Positions 50,901-61,100 of a stretch of 64,000 nt of DNA are shown here, piece after piece. Each line of letters starts with the position of its first letter. Position 1 is the stretch's first letter. Made by a program: the position numbers and the translations under genes. Below the pieces are notes generated by a model. That model was not told the origin of the DNA. It searched no databases and saw only the letters and a list, made by a program, of their open reading frames with translations. This DNA comes from an uncultured Desulfospira sp. (GTDB lineage: Bacteria > Desulfobacterota > Desulfobacteria > Desulfobacterales > Desulfobacteraceae), in NCBI GenBank assembly GCA_963663165.1, contig OY760175.1, forward strand, positions 3,616,001-3,680,000. Reading direction: 5' to 3'.

Positions 50901-52145
50901 TTTGGAAAACCAGGCGTTCTGAAGGGAGATCTGCTTTCCGTCAGACCGAGTCAGGCGCTTTATCTCCATTGCACCGCCTTCAGGGTCCGTCAGTTTGGCA
51001 AAGGAAAACCCGGTGCCCTGGGGAAGGGTTAAGCCATAGGTCTTTTCATCTGCCGTGCCGGTCTTAAACGTAAGGCCGGCCTGGGAGGAGACATCGCTTA
51101 CCTGGGATTCGGTGTTTTCCGACTCATAGATCACCAGTCCCTGGTCCGACTGTCCCAAAAAGTCATTGATGTCGTCCCGGCCCGGCAGGTCCACCCGGAC
51201 CTCTCCCACAAGGGTGTGGGTCTGCACGTCCGTGATCAGCGAGGTCAGGTCCCCGCCCAGCTCATCGGAGTGAGTGAAATTGGCTGAAAAATTTTCAAAC
51301 CGTCCGGACAATGAACTGGTCATGGTCCAGGCCGCCGTCTTGCATGTCCCGGGATCAATATCCCCGAATTGCGCTAAAAGGGAGGCGGATGTCTCCTGTC
51401 CCTGGATGCGTGTCCCGGTAATTACAAAATGGACCAGCAGGTTCTGGTCATTTTCCGTAATCTCGGGCTGGGCCGACTGGATGGAAAGGTCCACGGCCTT
51501 CCCGTATCCTGAATTTTTCACCCGGGCCCCGAACACAAAGGGGACCGGTGCTTCGATTTGAGTCGTAAAGGCATCATCGCCATACACATACTCCGGTAAA
51601 AAATAATCCAGGGTCAGTTCCGGCATGGGTTTGACATGGATATAATCCGGGGACACCCGGGTGAGCTGCTCTTCCCCGTTAAGGGTATAGGTCAGCTGTG
51701 CCCCCACATAGTAAAGCCGGCCTGCGGCAGACTGCCCCCCGGACCCCGGCGCCGGGATGATGAGCCAGTGAATATCGGCATAGGAAGCAGGATTAACACT
51801 CCCGGAACCGTCCACATCCGCAATATTTTCCAGGGTGTCCACCCGGATGAAAAAGGCGGCCTCGGTGTCACTGGAATCAGAGGATGCCGTAACCGCGTTC
51901 TCCAGTTCATCGGTAAACAGCACCTTGACGGCCACATTTTCAAGACTGGTTTCGGGCAGGCTGTTCAATATGCGCATGTGGGCATCAAAGGCCTGGCGTT
52001 CAAGGGAAAGCTCCTGCTCGATCGAAAGCTTGACTTCGGCGCATACGGATTCTTCGGCATAAGCCCTGCAGCAGCAGAGAGAAAATACAATGAAAATCAG
52101 CAGGAAACACGGTTTTGTCTTTGAATTATTCATTTTCATGATCAA
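47943..52145 (-). CDS. Large secreted protein: conserved N-terminal domain, Ig/Fn3-like repeats, Ca-binding DxDxDG repeats, two C-terminal dockerin-like modules
   Basis: Signal peptide; ESVCAEVKLSIEQELSLERQAFDAHM; repeated Y(Y/F)WRV Fn3 strands; DFDLDLDVDGEDL...DFNRDNVIDQKDL and DLDKDFDVDGKDL...DFNGDGRIDACDL. Confidence 0.85.
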   Translation of the reverse strand: MIMKMNNSKTKPCFLLIFIVFSLCCCRAYAEESVCAEVKLSIEQELSLERQAFDAHMRILNSLPETSLENVAVKVLFTDELENAVTASSDSSDTEAAFFIRVDTLENIADVDGSGSVNPASYADIHWLIIPAPGSGGQSAAGRLYYVGAQLTYTLNGEEQLTRVSPDYIHVKPMPELTLDYFLPEYVYGDDAFTTQIEAPVPFVFGARVKNSGYGKAVDLSIQSAQPEITENDQNLLVHFVITGTRIQGQETSASLLAQFGDIDPGTCKTAAWTMTSSLSGRFENFSANFTHSDELGGDLTSLITDVQTHTLVGEVRVDLPGRDDINDFLGQSDQGLVIYESENTESQVSDVSSQAGLTFKTGTADEKTYGLTLPQGTGFSFAKLTDPEGGAMEIKRLTRSDGKQISLQNAWFSKEREGTSQWSYYFNIFDVNSTGSYTLVLTEPADSPQAPVIQPVPDMVRVEGDPVSFMVIASDPDGTIPSLTAVSLPAGAVFTDQENGQAIFDWVPLSGQAGSYSIIFTASDGVLETSTSGAIKICPGSDADCDGMADQWEISHFDSLDRDGSEDFDHDGICDLDEYLTGLDPLDGEYGPSAPGIIQPLDGSPVDTLSPVLEIANSTDKDGDALFYDVEIYSDPEYTDLLESRYQVPEAEPSTSFSPVDAFLENQTVYWRVRACDGIAYSLWTYGTFFVNAVDEPPGPPLIAGPCDQGLSATLNPVLSVTCKENPDQDQLTAEFQIFSDDALTLFVAGSPDLDPGEETTLSWQADTDLEDGTTYYWRCKLTDNEGNSTFSPVASFTVDVTHSPPGTPLISSPAQGEEIQSLAPVLTASGSVDPVSGSMNYSFELDLSPAFDSSNLMVSEKTGIAQKSVSWEPGNLMDNTLYFWRVRAFSGSGCSEWASGSFFTNSANQTPATPSINNPDTGAWVTTLTPVLEVNPVLEPDRDDLTFEFEVYADAGLSQVVRETETAANSWQVEPELENFSTYYFRCRAVDGHGLPGPWSVVTRFFLKYVEENVPPQITLVQPVTSVVENSGDILIQWTDEDPDSNAWISIFYDTDDQGFDGTLIQDGILEDPDLEDDEFAWNVALVPEGTYYIYLEISDSDSSMGVYSPVPVTVTHNQDPDIPCSPDPENGKIQTFPDLVLSWTGTDPDPLDSLSFNLYLGTDPDEMAPSGQGLLVPEFELAGLDYGVQYFWKIVCLDSHGGETEGPLWTFTTMTRAGDADQDGLLNADEIALGTDPFDWDSDNDGYGDGEETGLGTDPKNADIHPGNPMAADFDLDLDVDGEDLALFAAALGSVSGQPGFLARADFNRDNVIDQKDLCVMASGLGRVDLQEIAPQIDLDKDFDVDGKDLALLLPALGSTAQDTAFFPEGDFNGDGRIDACDLARLVSGFGIVIHGK

Positions 52146-52176
52146 TATTTTTTTCCTGTATATATTGGACTGCCGC

Positions 52177-55100
52177 TTAAATTCCGTCGTAAGCCTCTTG
52201 CCAGTTTTTGCTGTGTTTTTTTAACATCTTCCCACCATTATTAATGGATTTTGCCCCTGCAATTATCAAATCCCCAGCGCCCGGCACCTGTGTCCACCCG
52301 ACCGTACCCTCAACCATGGTTTCAATAACGCAGGCATCAGATGTCGGATCTTTTCCCTTTAAGTGCTGTTCATAGGCCTTTGCCGCCATGGGCCCCAAAA
52401 CGATGCCGACCACGGGAACAGCGCCGATTACCGCTCCGGCAATACCGGGCAGAATGCCGTGCTGCCCCCCCATCAAGGCACCGATGGCAGCCCCAAGAAC
52501 CATGGAGCCCATAATAAAGAATTCCCCTTCCGGATCAACCAGGGTCATGGGATTATTTGAAGCATATCCGTAAAACATAACACTTCCCCCCTCAAATCCC
52601 AGGGGATCGACCCTGGTATACCGGCCTGTCTCAGGGTCATAATAACGGTTCCAGTTATAGTGCAGGCCGGTTTCAGCATCATAATACTGGCCCGGGAACC
52701 TCAGGTTGTTTACCACTTGTTCGACCATGACGTCGGTTTTTCCAAAGGCCCGGGCAGTTGCTTTCCATACGACAGTTCCATAAATATCGGTCAGCGCCAG
52801 GGGCGTTCCAAGGTGGTTGTTGTGATAAAAATAGATGTTGCCGCCCTGCTGCATGAATACCGGGTCCGTGGTCCAGCCGCTGCCGGGTTTATAGTCATAT
52901 GTCCTGATTTCATTGCCGGCTGCGTCATATTCCCCTGCCAGGCCTTCATCGGAATAGTAAAACCAGGTCCTGACGCCTTCAACCTCTTTCCACAGCCGTT
53001 TCCCAAACGGGTCATAGCCGTATTCGGCTGTCAGGGTGCCGGTATTAATATCCCCGGCCCATACCTGCACCAGTCGTCCGGTAACGTTATAAACATAGCT
53101 GATGGTATTTCCGTTTTCCGTTTTCCGGATCAGGTTGCCGTTGGCGTCGAACGCCTGGGAGATACCGCCGTAACTTACCAGTTCATTGTTGGCGTTAACC
53201 GTTATCTCACCGGTTACACCGTCAGCATGGGTCCGGTTACCCACCAGATCATAGGCAAAATCTTCTTCAACCGTCCCGTTCTTTGCCACGCCCAGAAGCT
53301 GGTATGCCCTGTCATATGTATAGGAAAAGGAGTCTGTCCCGCTTGTTTGGCCAATGATATTTCCCATGTTATCCAGGGTGACGGCGGCATCTGTCACCGG
53401 GTTTCCTCCGGGATCAGATACCTTGATGCTCAGAGGCCTCATCAACGGATCATGGGTAAATGTCTGCCGGGTTCCACCGGGCAGTGTCGCACCTGTGGGC
53501 GTCATCCATAAGAATCCATTATAGGAAATAGTCCCGACACCGGGTATGGTGATGCCGGAAAGCTGGTTGGCCCCGTCATACTGATAGGTTCTGGTTACCT
53601 GATCCGGGCCGGTATAGGATACTTTCAGCCCGTTTGCGTCATAGGTGTAAGCATGGGATTTGGAAAATGAACCATAGTTAACGGTCTGGGATATTTTCCT
53701 GCCCCCGGCATCATACCAATAGGTCCCGGATATGCTTCCATCTGAATAGGCGGTTAGTTTCCCGGATTTATCATAATCAAACAAGATCTCCTTTACCGGT
53801 TCTGAATAATCGTCTGCCGAATAATACCGGACAGTCACCAGGTTGTTGGCATCCGAGTAAACAAACCGGGTCTTTTGATTTTCAGCATCAATTTTTTCAA
53901 CCAGATTTCCGGCCCCGTCATAATCATAGGACGTGACCTGTCCCATGGGCCGGATCTCTTTTTTCAAGCGGTTGTTCAAGTCATATTCAAACCGGGTGAT
54001 CTGTCCTTTTGCATCCTCCAGGCCGATTAAATTGTCCCTGTTGTCATATAAATACGCGGTTTCCTCTCCATTGGCATTGATCACCTTTTTTATCCTGCCA
54101 AGGCTGTCATATTCAAAGGTGCTTGGATTGCCCTGCCGGTCCTCACGGAAGATAAGGTTTCCGGCCGGGTCATAGGCAAAGCTGCTTTCATGGGACAGCG
54201 CATCACTCAACAGATCGGTCTGTTTAACAATCATCCCCCTTGAATCATACTCAAAGGACCGTGAAAAAGTGGGAAAATCAATTTTTTCAATCTGGTTGGA
54301 ACCGGCCACATTACAGGACGGGCAGGCCTGAGAGAGGCCGGGAACCCCGTAATTGAGAACCGTGTTTATGTTATCGCCGTTTGTAATCTGACTTAATCGT
54401 CCCTGATCGTCGTATCCGAGTCGGTTGGTTTTCCCTTCAGCATCAACCATCCGGACAAGGTTGCCGCCGTCATCATACACCAGGTTGAATTCATGATGAT
54501 CCGGGAATTGAATTCTAACAAGGTTCTCAGACCCATCATATTCGTAAAGTGTCTGCCTGTCCTCTTCATCAAAAAAGGATTGAGTTCTGCCGGCATCATC
54601 ATACACAAACCGCTGTGCATGACCTGCGGGATCGGTTCTTGAAGTGAGCCTGCCTTGATCGTCATATTCAAACTGCCAGGTTTTTCCCCGGCCATCAGTC
54701 ACTGTTTCCGGATTGCCAAGGGAATCATACCCGGTAGCGCTGATTTCATTTCCTTCAGGGTCCTTGATATAGTTGAGGTTCCCTTTGGTATCATACCCGA
54801 ATGTGGTCACTGCATCCTGGGTGCCGTCTTCTCCGGGCACCTTATGGGTGAGGATATTGCCATACGCATCATGGGTATACTCAATGGTCCGTGCCACATC
54901 GGTCCCGGGGGCCTGGACCATGTTTAACAGATTCCCCTTTTCGTCATATTCATAGGTGGTGACCATTCCGCGCTCATCCGTTTTTTTCACCACCTTTGAA
55001 AGAAGCGTATCGTACTCATAGGTCACCGAGGTGCCGTCGGGGTGGGTGACGGATGTCAGATTTTCCCACTCATCATAGGCATAGGTGGTCACATTGCCCA

Positions 55101-58100
55101 GGGCATCGGATACCACCCGGGTTCTGTCGTCATAGGCGCCTTCCGTGACCGGTTCGCCGTTGACCATCTGTTTTTTAAGATACCCGTAAACATCAAACCA
55201 CTTTTCAGTGATCTTCCCGGTCTCGGTGGTGACCCGGGCATAGTACTCGGTCTTTCCCTTGGGCCGTTTGCGGCTGGTCCCGATACCGCTTGAGTATGCC
55301 ATAGCCGAAGTGGTCGTATCCGAATTCTGGGTATATTCAAATTCAGGCCCGTTGCCCTCGGCATCCTTGATGGAAGAGATATAGCTGTTCGCGTTATAGG
55401 AGATAAGAACCGTTTTTCCACTGGGAAGCTCTTTTTTGATGATCCGTTTGAGATCATCGTATTCATACCGGGTTTCCCGGCCCAGAAGATCCGTTACCCC
55501 GGCCATTTTTCCCTGGGAATTATATTCATAGGAGACCTGTCTGCCGTCATAATCGCGTATCCGGACCACCTGGCCGTCTGAATTGTAGTCATACCAGATC
55601 ACCTGGTCACCGAAGTGGTCCTTGATCCCGGTGAGCCGCTCTTCATCGTCGTATACATAATGGATGGTGACATCATTGGCATTGCCGAAGGTGTCCAGGC
55701 GGTCGCCTGTAAATTTGGCCCAGTTGCCCCTTTCATCCTTCCAGACCATGGTCTGGTCAGGGTCCACGGCCACACACCCGGCCCGGGTCCCGGGCGAAGA
55801 TGACGGCGCGGAATATGTCACTGTCCCGTCGGATTCCAAGGTGTCGGTCACCGGTTCGAACCGGAGCCCGTCTATGTAAAGATACCGGATGGTACCGCCG
55901 GACGTCCGGACCACCTGGGCCTTTCCTCCCAGGCTGTTGATATGCCAGTTGCGTTTGCTGTAAGAATCAACGGCATATGCCGCCCCTTTGGATGCCGGCG
56001 CTTTGGCCTGCAGGGATGCGGCGGCCACGGTATAGTGCTTGACCTCGTTGTAATACCGGGTGATGTCAATGGTATGCCCCATAACCTTTACGCTCATATC
56101 GTTTACGTAATCGAGGTATTTGCCCCGCATCAGGTCTACATAACTGCTGACGGTCTGGCTGGTTTTGCTGTTACAGCACTCGTCACAGGCCCGGCAGTTG
56201 GGCTCCGGCTCGCAAAGGATGCCTTCCATGTCATCCGGGGCCTGGGCCGGGGTGGGAATACTGCTGCCGGTCCCGCTCCCGGAGCCCCCGCTAAGATAGG
56301 TGGTATCAACGGTAAATCCGCTGCTGAACCCGGTGCTGCCCCCGCTGCCGGCGTCACATTCGCCGTTGTCATAGATAATGCAGTGAAGTGCGCCGCTCAG
56401 GCTTTCGGTGCCGTTGGCACACTCCCAGCCATAGGTAATTTCCGTGCATTGGTTTAATACCCGGCATCCACCGGCACCGGTATCTTCGGACCCGTCCGGG
56501 GCTGAAAGGCAGGTGACCCTGAAAGGAACGGTAACCCGCCCATTGGGGGCGATGGCTTCGGGAAGGGCGGACAACAGCTCATATTGAAACACATCGTTTC
56601 CCTGGGGCAGGGTAAAGGAAAGGTCATCCGCCTGGATCAGGCCGTAATTGACCAGGGTAAACTCCCCGTTGTACACATCTCCGGCAGACATTTTTGGCAG
56701 GTAGACCGATGCCGGCTCCACCACCACAACCGGGGCCGGGACATCGGTCACAAATGTGGTGGTCAATACAATTTCATATTTGTCCGTAATGGTGGTGGGA
56801 ACCACCTCCCACTGGACACTGACCAGCTGGTAATCCAGAAAGATATCCTGGCTGGCGGTGATCCCGGGCCTGATCCAGAAGCGGCCGGTATATTCCAGGT
56901 GTTCATCGGCACTGATCCGGCACTGGTAACTGCCTGCGGGAAGATCCTGGAAAAGGGCTTCGCCTAAATCATCCGTGGTCAGGGTCTGGTCAATATCGGG
57001 AAGGGCATCGTTTATCAGGCGGATTCGGGCGTTTTCCAGGCCCTGCCTTAGTTCATTGGCTTCATCAAAGGTGCCCGTATAGATATCGGAAACCTTAAAA
57101 AGGATATTGCCCTGGCCGGAATTGGTGACCGCGGCCAGCAGTCCCACATCGGTCTGGGCATAATTATCGCTTTGGATCCTCAGATAAAAGGTATAGTACC
57201 CCTGGGTAACAGAGGATGTGGGGGCAAAGGAGATATCCACCTGTTTTTCTTGTCCCACCTCAATTTGGTCATATGCCGCAGGGGTGTTGAGCCGGACCCA
57301 TTCCGGTGCCGGGGTCCCGTCCTCAAGCACCAGGGAAAGGGACGGGTTCTTCAGTATTTCAAGTCCGGTATTCTTGAGCATCAGGCTTTCCACCCGGGTC
57401 TCTTCCTGGGCCACCCCCGTTTCAATGACTCCCGGCGAGACGGTCAGGACGGGGCTGGCCTGGGATAAATTGATATTCAGATCTATGGTCTGCCATCCGT
57501 CATCTCCTGATTCATCACTCACCACTTTCAGGACGGCCTGGATCTGTGAATCCGCCGTATTATCGGCCCAGAGCGTAAAATCAAGGGCTTTGGTTGTGCC
57601 CGGGCAAAGAGAGGAGAGCCCATCACCCGGATCCAGGTGCAGCCCTGTGGCAAGCTCCCCTGAGGGCTGGTCCTGTGCCTGGTATAAAAGTTTGACATTG
57701 GTCAGACTGGTTCCGCCCCCGGTTAAGAGGGTGACGGTGCCCGTTGCCGTATAATTTCTGGAAATCCGAATATTAAAATTTAAAGGCGACACGGCCAGGC
57801 TGTGGATGGTAAATTCGCCCTGGGGGCTGCGGTCCGTCAAATCCGGGTGGACCGCAAAAACCTGGTAAAGCCCGGATTCCTTTTCAAGGGGAACAAAAGA
57901 ATAGGCAAAAGAGCCGTCTTCACCGGTGAGCACCCGAAAGGTTCGTTCAAACCCGTTGACCTTGATCACCAGGTTCAGGGAAGCATCAGGTTTGGGCAGT
58001 CCGGTTGCCCGGTCAACGGCACGGCCGGAAATCAGGATCTCCTCATCCCCGAAAGAGACTTCCGGGCTGATGGACAGGACCTGGCCGTAATAGGACGTAT

Positions 58101-61100
58101 CCACCAGGGTCAGTTCCCGGATCTGGGTTAAGCCGGACATGGAGACTTCAGAATCTGATCCCGTGCCATAGTGAATCCGGTCAATGGCCAGTTCAACCTG
58201 GGCCGTGTCGGATATGGCGGCGGGTACCTGGATCTGAACCGCATCAGACGTAAAAATATCCCCGGGGTCTATTTTGGCCACGGTATCGCCGTTGGGCAGG
58301 GTGGTGACGGCAAGGCCGGTTTTCTGGACAAAGGCGGCCGTGGAAGAGACATTGCCGTCCTCATCCAGGAGTCTGAACCGGATCTCATCGGAAGAGCCGC
58401 CACTCTTTGCAGTCATAATTTCAATGGACTCCTGGCCGGTATTCTCCAGGGTGAACCGGACCTCTCCCGTGCCGCCCCGGGTAAATTCCTCATTAAGGAT
58501 CCCGGCAATGAGCATCCCGTCCCGGACCTGGACCTCACGGTTTTGGATAATCCGGACCTGGTCCGAGGTTGTGGGGCTGATGTCAATGGTGACGGCCATG
58601 GCTTCGAGATCTTCCAGCTGCGCATATCCGCCCATAACCACAGGGACGACCCGGTATTCACCGGCTTCAAGGGCAAACGGATCGCTTATATGAGAGTTGC
58701 CGCCGATATCCACCATCACCTGTACCGGATCAAGGGGGGTTTCAGAAAAATTGCCCACCAGGAACTCCAGACGGTTCATCAATCCCCGCCTTATGGGGGA
58801 GAGCCCGGCGATCCGGGTCTCAAGGTCCGGAACATACACCAGGATCTCATCCAGCCGGTCCTGGAAATCCGTTATATCTGCTTTGTTGAGCAGATCAATA
58901 CCGGTTTCGGGAAGCCAGAGGCTTCTGGCAAGGCTTACGGCGCTGTTAACCTCATCAACGGCCACCACCGCATACTGGATGCTGTCCGAGGTATAACCGG
59001 TATCCTCATAGGAAAATTGGGTAATCAAGGCGTCATTGAGTTGGGTTCCGGTCGGGTCCGGGCCCGAATAGATATCAAATCCCGAGACACCGGCATTGCC
59101 GTGGGTCCAGGAAATCACCGGGAACTTTTCATCTTCCTGGACAACGGCCATTCCGGAAACCGGCAGCAGGGCCGCATTCAAATATGCCGTGGCGGGTTCG
59201 GATTCGTTCTGGGCCTCATCCACAGCCGTTATCCCGTAATGGGGGGCGGTATGGATTGGAGACGGATCCAGGACCTCAAGGGCTGCGATCCCCTGGATCA
59301 GGGCGGTCATTCCCAGAACGGATGTGACGGGCTGGGCATCCCTGTAAAGGGTATACAAAAGGCTTTCCCCTTCTTCAACCCCATCCCAGGATGCCCGGAT
59401 TCCCTGTCCGGTCAACTCCAGGGTGAAATTGGCCGGCATGTCCGGGGCAGTGGCATCGGACAGGGCGCTTACCGGATCACTTAAGGGGCTCAAGCTCTCA
59501 AGCTCGCCGATCTGCCGGATGCTGGCCAAAGCGTAGGTATAAAGGCCTTCGGGTTCGGCATTGGCAACAGGGTCATCGGTAAATGTATCTGTATCCAGTG
59601 TTCTGGCAAAGAGGGTAAGGGCCTCTTCACCAGGGGCTTTTCGATAAATCTGATATCCGGCACTCTCCTCAATTTCAGTCCATGACAGCCTGATTTTTCC
59701 GCCGGCAAGAGATTGCGCCGTAAAGTCATCGGGTGCGCTTAAGGGGGGCAGATCCCCCTGGAAGATTTCAAAACGGTTTTCCCCTGTAATGCGGCGGCTT
59801 TCATTGTCCAGATCATCCATGGCTGAAAAGGTAAACACCATAAACTCAGCCGCCTCAAGCCCGGCATCGGCCGGCAGGTCAAACATTACCTGGAAGGTCT
59901 GGGCATCCCCGGATTCAGCCGGAATTTCTGTCAGGGCCCCGCAGCCGGTTTCAGCCCGGTCCGCTCCGGACAGAAGGTATGAGAGTGCGGGGACGGTGCC
60001 GGATTTCACCGCTTCGTCCAGGCCCAGGGTAACGGTCAGGGACGCCGGCTCGTCCGGGTCATTTTGAACCGGGGCCGGGGGATCAACGGCAATTCTGGTC
60101 AGAACGGGTCCCTGGGTATCAATCAGAACGGATTTTCCCGATTGAATTTCAGTTCCCCGGTTTCCCACAAGGTCCCGCCCGGAAAATATCGCCCAGGCCT
60201 GCCCCGAAGGCGTGGCCGTGTCAATGGAGAATCCCCCTTCGTATTGGGTATCGTCTGTTTTTGTCAAAGAAATGATAATGGGGTTGCCGCCGGTCGGGGT
60301 CAGGCTGAAAAACGGGGTTGTCAAAAGGGGCTCGCTCAGTGTCAGGACGACATTGACCACGCCGGTTCCCATTCTTTGGGACACGGCATCATAAAACCCC
60401 GAATGAACGAACTCAACTTGTTCCACAAAGGGCATGACCCTGTCGGATACTGCCTGGGCCTTTTCCGACAGCAGGCTTTCATTTCCGGCCGTGTCCACTG
60501 CGGCAATCCGGTATATCCAGGTACCGTCCTCAGGGGGAAGGTCATTGAAAAGGCAGGATAAAGCCAGGGAGGAATTGACCGCCACGGCATCTGCGGGCAG
60601 GCTGAAATCCGCATTAGACCGGTAAATGTTATACCCTTTGACACCGGTATCTTCCGGGGACTGCCAGGAGAGCCGGATCACCCCGGCCTGGCCGGCCGTT
60701 GCCGACAGATGGGTGGGGGGCATGGGAATGGCTGTGTCCAGTGTCACGGAAACGGCCGTGGTCAGGGCACTGTCTCCTTTCCGGTTCCGGGCACAGGCCT
60801 GAATACGGTTAAGCCCTTCGGTCAGGCCCACTTTAACGGAAAAATTGCCGTCGTCTCCAACATCGGTTTGGGCCGATTCCTGTCCATTGACAAAAATCAC
60901 CAGAATGCTGCCTGCCGGGGCCGTCCCTGTGGCCGTAATGACGGGCACACCGGTGACGCAGGCTTCAGGTGAGACCAGGACCGGCGGATCAGGAAGATCC
61001 AGATCAATGGTAAAGGCAATATCTTTGGACGAAACATTGCCCAGGGAATCCATTGCCGTAATGGTCAGGATATGGGCACCGTCTGAGAAATCTTCCAAAG

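Noticed and set aside
52146..52176. Immunity gene after the RHS toxin
   Set aside because: Only 31 nt separate the RHS stop from the next large gene.
58171..59484. 437-aa plus-strand ORF (and other long antisense ORFs in carB and the RHS gene)
   Set aside because: Antisense shadow frames of GC3-biased genes.
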